From: Methanobacteriota archaeon
GTDB lineage: Archaea > Thermoplasmatota > Poseidoniia > Poseidoniales > Thalassarchaeaceae
Assembly: GCA_002726275.1 (NCBI GenBank)
Contig: PBSO01000025.1
Span: 2,147-66,146 of the forward strand
Length of the DNA stretch: 64,000 nt
Reading direction: 5' to 3'
Both the position numbers and the translations under genes were made by a program. The notes under the pieces were generated by a model. It was not told the origin of the DNA, ran no database searches, and saw only the letters and a list, made by a program, of their open reading frames with translations. Positions 37,743 through 48,358 of this stretch are shown piece by piece (position 1 is the stretch's first letter; each line of letters begins with the position of its first letter).

Positions 37743-38701
37743 CTGAAAGGGTAAGTTCTGCCATTACCACTGTGCAATAACACTCTTTCCCTCCCTGGTG
37801 ACTCTACAATCCACCCAGGTATTCCAATGAATACTCGGGATTTCTTCAATGAGGATATGTCTGCCCTCCACCATTGCAACATGATGCTTCTAATTGGCCC
37901 ATCCTTCGACTCTTCGCCACCCTGAATTTTCCTATCGAGAATAGATGGTAACTCCTCCAGAAGTGATGATTCTTCCCTCCACATTGAACTTGGAGGATCG
38001 ACAGTCCTGATTCGAATATGACTGTCGCCCAGTGGAACTTCGTTAATGCTCACCGAGGACGCCCATGGATCCTCGATTACTTCCCAATTGGAATTTAATT
38101 CTTCACCATCGGGCCCAACTAGGAAACCGCTTATTTTCCAAAGTGCCGCTTTAAGGAGAACGGGGGATGTCACGGATCCTTCCCGGCCTGTCTGTATGAG
38201 CCATGAGTCGAGGGTCACTATTGCAGGCACGACGAGGGTGTGCCCATCGTGTTCTTCCTCCCGGCCGGAAGAATGTTCTGTTTTTTCCTCGGACACGATA
38301 GTTGGCGCTCTTGCAACGAGCTCGCCCGAGATTACTGCATCTCCAATCCACCTGGATAGAACCTCTGGGCCCCAAATTACCAGTTCAACTCCATGGGGGG
38401 CATTGTCCTGGCAACCATCAGGCAACTCCCTCTCGCTGAGTATCCAATTATTTCCAATGGGTGCATCTACGCACCACCTTTCGAAATCAGCCCTCGACAG
38501 CGGCATCATTCCTGACTCGATATGCCAGACGTGTACATTAGTTTCTGAAATACCGCCACCAATCTCGGAAGTCTTCTCGGCTATTCCCAGCAGAATAAAT
38601 TCGGGAATTTCTATCCATTCAGCAGGAGTTTCCAGCCTCACCCCTCTAGATGAGAGTAGAGCGCGTACTGCATCCTCCATGCTACTAGGGAGGGGTGGCA
38701 C
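37739..38701 (-). CDS. hypothetical protein
   Basis: 320 aa ORF with protein-like composition. No recognised motif. Sits where nusA/rps12 would normally follow rpl30e. Confidence 0.35.
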   Translation of the reverse strand: MPPLPSSMEDAVRALLSSRGVRLETPAEWIEIPEFILLGIAEKTSEIGGGISETNVHVWHIESGMMPLSRADFERWCVDAPIGNNWILSERELPDGCQDNAPHGVELVIWGPEVLSRWIGDAVISGELVARAPTIVSEEKTEHSSGREEEHDGHTLVVPAIVTLDSWLIQTGREGSVTSPVLLKAALWKISGFLVGPDGEELNSNWEVIEDPWASSVSINEVPLGDSHIRIRTVDPPSSMWREESSLLEELPSILDRKIQGGEESKDGPIRSIMLQWWRADISSLKKSRVFIGIPGWIVESPGRERVLLHSGNGRTYPFS

Positions 38702-38765
38702 GCTTGAACAGTACCGTATGAGTTCATCGACAGTAGCAATAAACTAAGGCTATTGGAAATTACGG

Positions 38766-39062
38766 TTAGAGATTTGATTGCAGTGATAGCAAATCACTCT
38801 GTCCAGGATCGACCACGCACAGGGCGCTAACAGGGAATGGTTTTGCACAAGCGGCACCTAGTTGCCTGTTTACTAGGTTGACTCTGTGGACTGTCATCCC
38901 TGGATGGCTCTCAGAGATACTTTCGATGAACTTCTCGGGGCAGTTCGCGGCCACTATTACCAATCTAGCCTCTCCCTTGTCGCATGCGCCCATGGTCTCT
39001 CTCTGGCCGAACAAAATTTTTCCAGTGTTCAAGCTCTGCTTAAGATTTCTAGCCAAGTCCAT
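38766..39062 (-). CDS. rpl30e: 50S ribosomal protein L30e
   Basis: MDLARNLKQSLNTGKILFGQRETMGACDKGEARLVIVAANCPEKFIESI is the L30e/L7Ae-fold signature (G.KE...G.A.LVI.A.D). Start placed at the internal Met. Confidence 0.8.
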   Translation of the reverse strand: MDLARNLKQSLNTGKILFGQRETMGACDKGEARLVIVAANCPEKFIESISESHPGMTVHRVNLVNRQLGAACAKPFPVSALCVVDPGQSDLLSLQSNL

Positions 39063-39078
39063 CCTGATTCCTCCTATC

Positions 39079-40647
39079 CTATGCCTCATCTGGTATGTAG
39101 AACAAGTCCACACTACCCGTTCCAAGTGCTATTGGCTGCCCCACAACAATATTCTCGGTGACTCCCCTGAGTTCGTCTCTCTCACCGATTATTCCCGCTC
39201 TGAGCAAGTGGGTAACTGTAACCTCGAAGGCCGAGCGAGCCAATATGCTGTGCTTGGTACCGCTTACTCCATGCCTACCTATAGCCCTAACTTCACCTTC
39301 GCTAGTCATAACGTCTGAGACCATCAGAAGATGTCTGACATCGACATCCAATCCCGCCCCTTCTAGAGTGTCGCTCATCTCGTTTATTATTGCCTGCCTA
39401 GCAGCCTCTATTCCGAGGTACGAATGAATCTCATTGATGTTGTTCGTGTAAGTCCTTGAGCGATCTATGCCTGCGAATTCGCTCACCTTGGCAAGGTTCG
39501 ATCCTATGGTCGAGATGTAGTACTCCCCGTTCTCACCAGCTTGGACATTTGCCCTCTCTATGCCCCTGATTCCCTTCAACTGTAGTTTCTTTATCTTGTC
39601 CTCCAGTTGCAAAAGATCCGTGTATGTCGGCGGATCCGTGGCAAGAGTCTCCAAGTCTTCCTCTTTGGAGACACCAGGGATTATCTTCAGTTCCTTCGGC
39701 TTATCATCTGAGTCCGCCTGTATGAACAGCCTAAGGGCCCTCTGAAGCTTGTCCCTAACTTCGGCGCCAGACATATTCTTCAGACGCATGTTGGAGTTGT
39801 TTAGTTTCAGGCTAAGGTAACGCTGTGCTACCTCGACATCAATATTAGCTATGTCACTGGTTTTTGTTGCCTCCAATCCGGCGGCGATTCCCCTGACTAG
39901 TTTCTCATTCGTGCGAAGTGGCTTGCCTTTGGAATTAAATTCCTCTAGGAAAATTCTCATTGTAGGGGTATTGGGGACCTTACGGGCATCGACAATTTCA
40001 ATGATCCTCGGAAGGCCCTGTGTTACGTTAACGGTAGCGACACCCGCATAGTGGAATGTTCTCATGGTCATCTGAGTACCAGGCTCCCCGATTGACTGAG
40101 CCGTGGTGATGCCCACGGCTTCATGGGGATCTGCTTTGGACCTCCTGAGGGATGACCTAGCAGACTGAATGACCTTCCTTGCCTTTGCAGGAGTAATCTT
40201 GGAGTTCCCACGGGACCTTATCCCCTCAGTTAGGTCTGTGAGCATCCTAGGAGTCAGAACGAGTCCTTCCCCCTCGCAAGCGGAGGCGAGTTGAGCATAG
40301 ATTTCGTCATGGTGATCGATGTCCCTCATTACCTGTACCATCTTGGATTCCGAATCATAGGTCTGGAGTGGCATCATTGACTTACGCCTTCGACGTGAGG
40401 CGGCCGACTTTCTGCGCACTACCGTCTTCTCTGTCGAGACGGCGGCCCTGGATGACTTGGTAGACGCCGCCATTAGATCATGTATCCTCTGAGCGGTTCC
40501 TGAGTCGATTCCGCAGATCTGGGCTATTTGTCCTGCGGTGAGGACCTTGACATCGTCCCACTTCCTATCATCTGCCAGTTTGTGAGCATATTCCTCATCT
40601 ATCTGGAGATCCATTAGTTTCTTCTTTGTTGCACTCTTGACTACCAT
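39079..40647 (-). CDS. rpoA2: DNA-directed RNA polymerase subunit A'' with ~125-aa N-terminal HhH-like extension
   Basis: Core [37 protein letters not shown] is the canonical A''. N-terminal [27 protein letters not shown]...[20 protein letters not shown] is an extra domain with a helix-hairpin-helix-like motif followed by an Arg/Ser-rich basic stretch. Confidence 0.9.
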   Translation of the reverse strand: MVVKSATKKKLMDLQIDEEYAHKLADDRKWDDVKVLTAGQIAQICGIDSGTAQRIHDLMAASTKSSRAAVSTEKTVVRRKSAASRRRRKSMMPLQTYDSESKMVQVMRDIDHHDEIYAQLASACEGEGLVLTPRMLTDLTEGIRSRGNSKITPAKARKVIQSARSSLRRSKADPHEAVGITTAQSIGEPGTQMTMRTFHYAGVATVNVTQGLPRIIEIVDARKVPNTPTMRIFLEEFNSKGKPLRTNEKLVRGIAAGLEATKTSDIANIDVEVAQRYLSLKLNNSNMRLKNMSGAEVRDKLQRALRLFIQADSDDKPKELKIIPGVSKEEDLETLATDPPTYTDLLQLEDKIKKLQLKGIRGIERANVQAGENGEYYISTIGSNLAKVSEFAGIDRSRTYTNNINEIHSYLGIEAARQAIINEMSDTLEGAGLDVDVRHLLMVSDVMTSEGEVRAIGRHGVSGTKHSILARSAFEVTVTHLLRAGIIGERDELRGVTENIVVGQPIALGTGSVDLFYIPDEA

Positions 40648-43600
40648 CAGTTAGCACCTCCCAATGCATCGTCTAGGACCTTGGAAACGTCGAACGGCAT
40701 TCCCCCTCGGCTACGTGCTGGATCGACTCCGTCCTCACCATATTCGAACTGAATGATTCTGTCGGCAGTGTTCCTAACCGAACCCATGCCGTCGTTCGCG
40801 ACCTTCAAGTCGTCCATGGCGTTGATTAGCCTTCTTTGCATGTATCCAGACTTCGCTGTTCGGACCGCGGTGTCGACTAGCGACTCCCTTCCGGATACCG
40901 AGAGCATGAAGAATTCGGTTGGTTCCAGGCCCCTCTTGAATGAAGAGCCGACGAATCCTTTCTCCTGAGCGCCCTTGGCATTTCGGGGGAAGTGAGAGAG
41001 AACACGGTCTTGGTAACCACGCTCAAGGCGCTTTCCTCGAACCTTTGGTTGGCCGATAGAACCTGCCATCATGGCTAGGTTGTCCATCGAACCACGAGCT
41101 CCTGAGGTCGCCATGAGAACAGCCGAGTTATCGTCTCCAAGGTATGTCTTCGCTATGTTTCCTGATTCGGTTTTGGCCTCGTCCAGAATCATCAATATGT
41201 TCTCCTCCAATGTCTCCATGGGAGTCCTGCCGGGCCTTGTCTCGTACTTCCTCCCGTCCTTTCCGAACTTCGCTAGCTCCTCATCCACTGCATCGCTACC
41301 ATTCTTGTTGATCTTTGCAATCTCTGACTTCGCCTCCGGAGGGAGGTCTTCATCGTCGATTCCCGTGGTGAATCCCATCGAGGTACATATGGAAATTGTC
41401 ATCCTGGTCATCCTGTCTAGGAATTCAGCACCGGCGTCCGGGCCGTGTGTGTGGACTACGGCATCCAGTAGCCTTCCATCCTCAGCGCCTATTCCCCTCT
41501 TGTCAATAGTTCCCGAAACATCGCCCTTGGTGACCTTCACATTATCGCCAATCCTACTGATGTAGTCTAGGTTGAAGCCTTCTGGAACAATTAGGCTCAG
41601 AACATCGCTTCCTCGATATCCGATCACCCCATTCTCTTCCACCTCTGGAGGCAGTTCCCCGTCCCAGTTTGTATCCCCTAGGACCTGCATTACCAAATTC
41701 TTCGGCAGAACTCTATCGCCGTGTGTAAGCAAGTAGGCTCCTGAAATGTGGTCGTGTATTCCACCGATTACGCTTCCACCGTACCTTGGTGTTATGATGT
41801 GTTCTTGGACTCTCATCAGAATCTTCGCCTCTGCTCTCGCCTCTTCGCTCTGAATGACGTGGAGGTTCATCTCATCGCCGTCAAAATCGGCATTGTAAGG
41901 AGTACAATCAGCTAGGTTGAATCTGAAGGTCTTTCCAGGCATGACCCTGACCTCGTGAACCATCATCGACATCCTGTGAAGAGATGGTTGCCTATTGAAG
42001 AGGGCGACATCGCCGTCAATCAAGTGCCTCTCCACTATCACACCTGGCTTTGGGTTCCCATCCAAGTCGTGAGTGCTGAGCCTGTCCTCGACATCGGTAC
42101 TGTATGCGTTGCCATAGTCATCCTCTACTTCTGGGCTGCCACAATGAGGGCACTTAACCTCTAGATGATCGGGCAGGTATTCTCCGGGATGCTCCATCTC
42201 CCACTTCCACCTCTGGTGAATAGAGGCTCGTTGATCGCCGTCAGGGAGGGGCAATCCCCTCTCGTCCTCGCCCCTGAGGTTCCTGAGGGTCATGTCCAGA
42301 TCGACCCCCCACTCCTCCTCCAAATCACCAATTGAATTTCTCCTCATTTGCCTCATTAGTTCGAGTCCTGGTAGGAAATTTGGTGCGGGCAGCACTTCAT
42401 TCAAGTCAGGCCTGTATCCAGTATATGGCTCGTCGTCACTACCGGAGTGGCACTCAGGATTAAGACACCTGAAGCCAGACCAGATAAACTTCGTTCGATC
42501 GGTTATCCTGACTCTGAACTTATCCCCCCTGATGATGTAATTTACACCTGGGTGAACGTCTGGGCCTCGTAGAATCATCTGCCTTAGTTGCTCCCTGTTC
42601 CTACTCGTGACACGGATAGGAACGGTGAGCTCCTTGGCCGTCTGAGTAGGTATTCCGACTTCGTTAATCCCCAAGTTTGGATCGGGGCTAATCACTGTTC
42701 GCGCACAGAAGTTCACTCTCTTTCCTGAGAGGTTGCTCCTGAATCTGCCCTCCTTACCCTTGAGCCTCTGTGCGAGGGTCTTCAGTGGCCTTCCAGACCT
42801 GTGTCTTGCAGGCGGAATTCCGCTAGTTTGGTTATCGAAGTAAGTGGTACAGTGATATTGCAACAACTCCCACAAGTCTTCAACAATAAGCTGGGGCGCG
42901 CCTGCGTCTCTGTTCTCCCTGAGTCGCTGATTAATCCTAAGTACGTCAACTAACTTGTGAGTCAAGTCATCTTCGGACCTGTCTCCACTATCGAGGGTGA
43001 TGGAGGGTCTTACTGTGATTGGCGGTACTGGAAGTACTTTCATTATGACCCACTCTGGCCTTGCTGCATCCTTGTCCATGCCAAGGAAGATGAGGTGTTC
43101 ATCGGGAATCCTCTCCAGCCACTCCCTAATGTCCCGGGCATTGAGCTTGTGCTCACCCTTGTTCTCTTTCTTCTCCTTGAATGTCGATGGCTTGTCCAGT
43201 ATAATTTTACCCTGTTCGCTACCACAGTGCATGCAAATCGTCCTCTTCTTGCTGGAGCACTCCTTCTCTATGTCTTTGATGACATTCTTGAATTCGGAGG
43301 AACCGACGCCGTGCTTGATCATTACATCCTTAACTCTCTCTTCATAATAATCCTGCTCAGACTTTTCTGGGTCCACTGGATGGGTTTCTGGTTTGTCATG
43401 AAGGAGAATCTTACTGCATGTGTTGCATGTAGACTTCAGTGAAGTCTTGATTAGATTCGTGAAACCGATGTGCATTACTGGGAGCTCTAGTGCGATGTGC
43501 CCAAAGTGACTGGGGCACTCATCGTGCTTGTTTCCACATGTCTCACATCTCACACCTGGGTCGATAACACCCATCTTAGGATCCATTAGTCCTTGCTTGT

Positions 43601-43739
43601 AGGGATGTCCGTCGTCTTTGTAAGTATCAGCGGTTTTCACCTCGACAGAGGACATTTTCCTAATTTCATTTGGATCCATAAGCGTGAACTTAATCGCCTC
43701 AATCCTCTTTGGAATCTTTGCTGCATTTCGGGCACTCAT
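40647..43739 (-). CDS. rpoA1: DNA-directed RNA polymerase subunit A'
   Basis: 1030 aa. Zinc-binding N-terminus [20 protein letters not shown], catalytic [10 protein letters not shown], clamp/dock regions. Confidence 0.95.
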   Translation of the reverse strand: MSARNAAKIPKRIEAIKFTLMDPNEIRKMSSVEVKTADTYKDDGHPYKQGLMDPKMGVIDPGVRCETCGNKHDECPSHFGHIALELPVMHIGFTNLIKTSLKSTCNTCSKILLHDKPETHPVDPEKSEQDYYEERVKDVMIKHGVGSSEFKNVIKDIEKECSSKKRTICMHCGSEQGKIILDKPSTFKEKKENKGEHKLNARDIREWLERIPDEHLIFLGMDKDAARPEWVIMKVLPVPPITVRPSITLDSGDRSEDDLTHKLVDVLRINQRLRENRDAGAPQLIVEDLWELLQYHCTTYFDNQTSGIPPARHRSGRPLKTLAQRLKGKEGRFRSNLSGKRVNFCARTVISPDPNLGINEVGIPTQTAKELTVPIRVTSRNREQLRQMILRGPDVHPGVNYIIRGDKFRVRITDRTKFIWSGFRCLNPECHSGSDDEPYTGYRPDLNEVLPAPNFLPGLELMRQMRRNSIGDLEEEWGVDLDMTLRNLRGEDERGLPLPDGDQRASIHQRWKWEMEHPGEYLPDHLEVKCPHCGSPEVEDDYGNAYSTDVEDRLSTHDLDGNPKPGVIVERHLIDGDVALFNRQPSLHRMSMMVHEVRVMPGKTFRFNLADCTPYNADFDGDEMNLHVIQSEEARAEAKILMRVQEHIITPRYGGSVIGGIHDHISGAYLLTHGDRVLPKNLVMQVLGDTNWDGELPPEVEENGVIGYRGSDVLSLIVPEGFNLDYISRIGDNVKVTKGDVSGTIDKRGIGAEDGRLLDAVVHTHGPDAGAEFLDRMTRMTISICTSMGFTTGIDDEDLPPEAKSEIAKINKNGSDAVDEELAKFGKDGRKYETRPGRTPMETLEENILMILDEAKTESGNIAKTYLGDDNSAVLMATSGARGSMDNLAMMAGSIGQPKVRGKRLERGYQDRVLSHFPRNAKGAQEKGFVGSSFKRGLEPTEFFMLSVSGRESLVDTAVRTAKSGYMQRRLINAMDDLKVANDGMGSVRNTADRIIQFEYGEDGVDPARSRGGMPFDVSKVLDDALGGAN

Positions 43740-46700
43740 CTTCGGTCCTCCAGTTCGAGTCTCATAGCGACTCCCAAACTCTTCATCTCATCGAGAAGTA
43801 GTTTGAACGCGTATGAAGTCTGTACGGAGTGGACGTCCGCTCTGTCTCCACAAGAGGGACAGACCGTAGTCCTCCTCTTCCAGTCGTAGTATGCGATGTG
43901 CCCACACCTAGGCGTGTTGCACACCATCAGTGGCCAGCCGTCGGATTCATCCAGAAGCCTGTCCTTTATCACCATGGACGCGCCATGGGAAATCAGACAG
44001 TCTCTCTCCATCTCCCCAAACCTGAGGCCTCCCTGCCGGGCTCTACCCTCAGTTGGTTGCCTTGTAAGAATCTGGACCCTTCCCCTACTTCTGGCATGCA
44101 GCTTACTGCTTACCAAATGATGGAGTCTCTGGTAGTAAATTACTCCTACGAAAACCTCTGCCGGATATTGTTCCCCGGTCTCCCCACTAATCATGTTCTC
44201 TCTTCCCGTGTGGTTAAATCCGTTTCTCAGAAGTCCTGATCTCAGGGACTCCTCCTTCTCACCCGTGAATGCGGTTCCATCTATTCTCCTTGCTTCCATT
44301 GCACCGACCTTTCCGCCGATCATCTCGAGGACGTGGGCTACCGTCATTCGGGACGGGATGGCATGGGGATTGATGATTAAGTCGGGAACCACTCCATCGG
44401 CTGTGAATGGCATATCAGACTCCTCCACTATCCTTCCAATGATTCCCTTCTGCCCGTGCCTACTGGCGAACTTGTCTCCCAGTTCTGGAATCTTGTTTGT
44501 CCTTAGGGTGATTCTTACCAACCTGCCAGAGTCCAACGATTCTGTGACAAACACGTTGTCGACCCATCCATGTTCTCCATGTCGGACCATCATCGATGAC
44601 TCCCTTCTCTCCTGTGCCTGAAGGAATGCGCCATGTGCCTCTTCTAGGAATCTAGGAGGGCTGGTCTTTCCGACCAGTACAGCTGAGTCAGAGCCGCCGC
44701 TGGTCAGGAACTCTTCTGGAACGGGTAGTCCGTCCCTCTCCAAGTGAGAGTAGCTATCGAATGATTTCATGCCCTTAATTTCGTCAAGGCCGGTACCAGG
44801 AACCTCTATCCTCTCTTCCTGGCCACCAGGGAATCTGCGATTTTCAGCGTTGTATGTTCGTATGAAGGTAGACCTTCCCAATGCCCTCTCAATTGAGGCC
44901 TTGTTCATGACAACTGCGTCCTGCATATTGTAACCATGATGGCTCATTATTGCGACGACCAAATTCTGACCGCCTGGCCTACTGTTGAAGTTGGTGGTGT
45001 CCATTGCACGTGTTCCAACGAGAGACCTCTGTGGGTAGTGCATTATGTGGGCCCTTGTATCGGGCCTTAGCCTGTAGTTAGCACTTGGTAGACCTAGGCT
45101 CTGTTTCACCATCGCCGTCCCCCCAGTTACTCTCGGAGTGGAGTTGTGTTCCGGGTATGGAACCAGTGCTGCACATACGCCCAGAATGAGTTGAGGATCA
45201 ATCTCAACATGGGTGTATACGAGAACCGTATTGCCCTTCTTCTCCTTCTTCTTGAGGGCCTCTACGTCGTCCTGATGATAATTCAATGGAACTGAGAACT
45301 TCTCAGTAACTGTAGTGCCATCTGGTAATTTGACCTCCACAGATAGTTTGGCTTTGGAAATCTCCTCATCACCGAGGTTCAGCCACGTTACCTTTGATGG
45401 ATCCATGGGGCGCTTATTCTTGGGTGACAATTCTGGGAGATCGAAGGGTCTTGGTGCCACGAGAAGGTCCTCCTCCTCCTCTGCATCGACCCATTCAACG
45501 ACTCCTGACGAAACCAAGTCCGAGAATGTTATCTCTCCCGACTCAAGCCCTTCCAAGTGGAATTTAGAGAGTGTCAATGTACCGTCCTCCAATACCAGCA
45601 GTGGTCGCATAATTCGGCCCCTGTCCGTATTGATGTATACATCTCTATTCTCAGTGTCGTGCCTGATGCTAACCTCAGGCCTGATTCTTCCTGATCTGCG
45701 TCGGCGCTTGAATTGGGAAACTAGTTTGTTGGGCCTCTTGTGCAGTCCGAAGATATCGCCATTTACGTGGATTCTAGAGCCGTCGGCCCATCCCTCTGGG
45801 CTCGGGTCAACTCCTGCCTCAACAAGTAGCTCCTTGACATCAGCCTCTGGAACTTCCTCCGAAACGTCAATCATCTGTGCCGCGTTCTTGACGAGGCCGC
45901 AATTTTGCCCCTCAGGAGTCTCGTTGGGGCAGAGCCTACCCCAATGAGTAGGGTGCAAGTCCCTGGCCTCGAAGTGCGGTTGACTCCTAACTAGTGGACT
46001 AGTGACCCTGCGCATGTGTGAGAGCGAGGCCAGGTAAGTCGTCCTATCCAGAAGCTGGCTCACACCTGATCTTCCTCCGACCCAGTTCCCTGTAGCCAAA
46101 GCGTGCATTATCTTGGATGTCAGAACATCGGGCCTGAGGCAGGAATTTATCTTGAGTTCCCTCTTTCTGTTGTGGTGCCTCTCAAGTTGGTACTTCAGGT
46201 CCCTAGCGAGTCCTTGTACTCCTACCCTAAACAGGTCTTCCATCAGGTCCCCTGCTAAGCGTACTCTCTTGTTCGCGTAGTGGTCCTTGTCATTTGGGTC
46301 CCTATTTGTTATAGCCATCTCAAGAACCTGACGAACTATCCTTCCAAGGAATATCGCCTTCTTAGTCCTGACCTCATCATTGGACCCCAAGTGAGGCAGT
46401 AGCTCTTTGTCGAGGAGGTTCTGGATTCGCGACTCCCTGTATTCCTTCTGCTGACCTGCAGCGAATTTCTTCTCCAACCAGGCCATTGCCTCCTCTGTAT
46501 TGTCAACTCCGTATTCGGGATTGTCCTTGACATCATTCAAGTTAGCTACAGTGTACTTCATTGCCTCCACAGGACCAGCTATGGCAGAGAAAATGTCCCT
46601 GTCATTCTCCATCCCTAGTGCCCTCATGAGCAATACTACGGGGATGGCAGTTGTTCCTGCACTTGGAATCTTGACCATCAGCATTCCATCTCTACGCTTT

Positions 46701-47452
46701 TCTACATTGATGGGTTTCCTGACACCGTCTTTCTGGGAGAATATCTTTGCTACTTCTGTCTCGTGTGCGTACTTCTTGTTCTTCTCAACGGTTACTCTGT
46801 TGGGAGCCAGGTCCTCCATTGAAATTAGGACTCTCTCGGTCCCATTGATTATGAAATAACCTCCCGGGTCTAGCGGATCTTCCCCCGCCTTTCTCAAAAG
46901 TTGCTTCAGGATATCGGCATCTTCTGGGATGGTTGTTGGAGAAAGCTTGCGGGACTTCTCTTGTGTCCCTGCAATGTGATCCGGATGTAGGTTGCATCTA
47001 GCTGAACGGACCATTATTGGAAGGTTTCCTATGTGGACGCTTTCTTCCTCTATGTATCCCAAGTCCGCTCCTTCAGTAGTGGGCAAATCGTCCCTGTAGA
47101 TTCTGAAATCCATGTAAATTGGGGAGAAATATGTTAGTTTCCTTAGTCTGCACTCAAGGGGTGTTGCGGGATGCTCTGCACCGTTTGCCTCTCGAACGGT
47201 GGGTGCCCCCAGCCTAATTCCCTTCATCCTGATGTATATCTCCTTGTCTAGGACGTCAAGCTTGATCATTCCTCCTGATTCTTCCCCTCCGGGAACCTCC
47301 TCGAGAGGATCATCACTGCCAATCCTGATGCCCCTTACAATTCTCTCCATCCTACTGGCTCGGCCATCCCCTGGAATGCAATCATTGTATGATGCAAGTT
47401 GGTGATTAACCATGCTTCTGTGCGCGAAATAACTCTTTACTATCTCCTTCAT
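43736..47452 (-). CDS. rpoB: DNA-directed RNA polymerase subunit B (unsplit)
   Basis: 1238 aa single ORF covering both B'' and B' regions. GEMERDCLISHGA, C-terminal zinc ribbon CNTPRCGHIAYYDWKRRTTVCPSCGDRA. Confidence 0.95.
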   Translation of the reverse strand: MKEIVKSYFAHRSMVNHQLASYNDCIPGDGRASRMERIVRGIRIGSDDPLEEVPGGEESGGMIKLDVLDKEIYIRMKGIRLGAPTVREANGAEHPATPLECRLRKLTYFSPIYMDFRIYRDDLPTTEGADLGYIEEESVHIGNLPIMVRSARCNLHPDHIAGTQEKSRKLSPTTIPEDADILKQLLRKAGEDPLDPGGYFIINGTERVLISMEDLAPNRVTVEKNKKYAHETEVAKIFSQKDGVRKPINVEKRRDGMLMVKIPSAGTTAIPVVLLMRALGMENDRDIFSAIAGPVEAMKYTVANLNDVKDNPEYGVDNTEEAMAWLEKKFAAGQQKEYRESRIQNLLDKELLPHLGSNDEVRTKKAIFLGRIVRQVLEMAITNRDPNDKDHYANKRVRLAGDLMEDLFRVGVQGLARDLKYQLERHHNRKRELKINSCLRPDVLTSKIMHALATGNWVGGRSGVSQLLDRTTYLASLSHMRRVTSPLVRSQPHFEARDLHPTHWGRLCPNETPEGQNCGLVKNAAQMIDVSEEVPEADVKELLVEAGVDPSPEGWADGSRIHVNGDIFGLHKRPNKLVSQFKRRRRSGRIRPEVSIRHDTENRDVYINTDRGRIMRPLLVLEDGTLTLSKFHLEGLESGEITFSDLVSSGVVEWVDAEEEEDLLVAPRPFDLPELSPKNKRPMDPSKVTWLNLGDEEISKAKLSVEVKLPDGTTVTEKFSVPLNYHQDDVEALKKKEKKGNTVLVYTHVEIDPQLILGVCAALVPYPEHNSTPRVTGGTAMVKQSLGLPSANYRLRPDTRAHIMHYPQRSLVGTRAMDTTNFNSRPGGQNLVVAIMSHHGYNMQDAVVMNKASIERALGRSTFIRTYNAENRRFPGGQEERIEVPGTGLDEIKGMKSFDSYSHLERDGLPVPEEFLTSGGSDSAVLVGKTSPPRFLEEAHGAFLQAQERRESSMMVRHGEHGWVDNVFVTESLDSGRLVRITLRTNKIPELGDKFASRHGQKGIIGRIVEESDMPFTADGVVPDLIINPHAIPSRMTVAHVLEMIGGKVGAMEARRIDGTAFTGEKEESLRSGLLRNGFNHTGRENMISGETGEQYPAEVFVGVIYYQRLHHLVSSKLHARSRGRVQILTRQPTEGRARQGGLRFGEMERDCLISHGASMVIKDRLLDESDGWPLMVCNTPRCGHIAYYDWKRRTTVCPSCGDRADVHSVQTSYAFKLLLDEMKSLGVAMRLELEDRR

Positions 47453-47462
47453 CTATTGCACC

Positions 47463-48086
47463 TCAATTACTCTCCACAATTAGTCGGTAGGCCGTGGTAG
47501 CACCTGCTGACCTACTATACCTCACAACTTTCACGACCCTGTTCCTGAGCCAACCCGCTGGGAAGTCATCCTCCCTGGTCCCCCCTGCTATCTCATTCCT
47601 TCTCTTTTCTTCCTCGATTTCCTTCAAGGCCTGTACAGCTGGATCTGTTATGAGTATCTTGGGCAGTAGCTCCTTGGCCAATCGGCTGTTGCCCGAATTG
47701 TCCTTTTCTAACAATCCCCATGGAGAGAGGATGTCTTCCTCGTCATCCTCTGGAACTAGATCATGATGGGGGACTAGTTGGTGGTTTAGAACGTTGAATC
47801 TATCATCGCCGACTGGTATGTCTTCATCCAGAAGAGCGCTCCTGGATATTGTTATCCTCCCCGCTCTACTCCTCCTCCTCGAGGCGGCTTGCTCCCTTAT
47901 GATTCCCATAATGTTGTCAATATCAGCTGAGCCAGTCTCGAGATCGGTTTTCTTGGCGACTTCTTCGACTGTCATCCTCTTGATGGCATCCATATTCGCA
48001 TCATCAGCGAGTTTGTGGGCGTGCTCCTCGGAGACACCGAGTTCTATTAGTCTCTTTTTGGTTGAACTTTTGACTGCCATGCGCAC
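47463..48086 (-). CDS. rpoH: DNA-directed RNA polymerase subunit H (Rpb5-like) with ~95-aa N-terminal basic extension (HhH motif weak or absent) and an internal insert
   Basis: C-terminal NVLNHQLVPHHDLVPEDDEEDILS...ITDPAVQALKEIEE...VVKVVRYSRSAGATTAYRLIV matches RpoH (HELVPKHE...DPV.K.LGA.PGDV.KI.R.S.TAG....YRLVV). N-terminal MRMAVKSSTKKRLIELGVSEEHAHKLADD... parallels the rpoA2 N-terminus. The position aligned to the rpoA2 HhH hairpin reads KKTDLETGSADI, which is not a clear HhH. The H-like region carries an acidic/charged insert (GLLEKDNSGNSRLAKELLPK...EIEEEKRRNEIAGGTREDD). Confidence 0.75.
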   Translation of the reverse strand: MRMAVKSSTKKRLIELGVSEEHAHKLADDANMDAIKRMTVEEVAKKTDLETGSADIDNIMGIIREQAASRRRSRAGRITISRSALLDEDIPVGDDRFNVLNHQLVPHHDLVPEDDEEDILSPWGLLEKDNSGNSRLAKELLPKILITDPAVQALKEIEEEKRRNEIAGGTREDDFPAGWLRNRVVKVVRYSRSAGATTAYRLIVESN

Positions 48087-48129
48087 TCCCCCTCCAGCAA
48101 AAACAGGGGCCTAGTGCTTCGTTCAGGAG

Positions 48130-48203
48130 AGGGCCCGGGGGGATTCGAACCCCCGGCCACCGGGTTAAAAGCCCGGTGCTCTACCTGACTAAGCTACAGG
48201 CCC
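48130..48203 (-). tRNA. tRNA-Lys (anticodon UUU)
   Basis: Minus-strand read GGGCCUG-UA-GCUU-AGUCAGGUA-GAGC-A-CCGGG-CUUUUAA-CCCGG-UGGCC-GGGGG-UUCGAAU-CCCCC-CGGGCCC-U. Canonical cloverleaf with one G-U pair in the acceptor stem. No encoded CCA. Sits immediately upstream of rpoH. Confidence 0.7.
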
Positions 48204-48237
48204 ATGGCTGATGCTGGGCTGTTGGCGGACCGTAGGG

Positions 48238-48246
48238 GTATTTTTG
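48238..48246 (-). promoter_or_regulatory. candidate archaeal TATA-like box (minus strand TTCAAAAATACC) for the tRNA-Lys/rpoH transcription unit
   Basis: A/T-rich box 36-43 nt upstream of the mature tRNA-Lys 5' end in otherwise GC-rich DNA. Called by position only. Confidence 0.2.
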
Positions 48247-48358
48247 AACCTACCGGCAAAGGCAACGCTAGCCCGGGACCGGCTGAGCTCCCTTGGGGGA
48301 TTGGGGAAGCAGATGCTAGTTGGGGCAGGTCCGCATAAAGTTTTGCTGAATTGAGAGG

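Noticed and set aside
38046-38747. 233-aa Ser/Thr/Pro-rich + strand ORF
   Set aside because: It is antisense to the 37739..38701 ORF, which has more protein-like composition. Its low-complexity Ser-rich translation is typical of antisense frames in GC-balanced archaeal genes.
43829-46859. Multiple 70-210-aa + strand ORFs inside rpoB
   Set aside because: They are antisense to a 1238-aa ORF with unmistakable RNAP B motifs.
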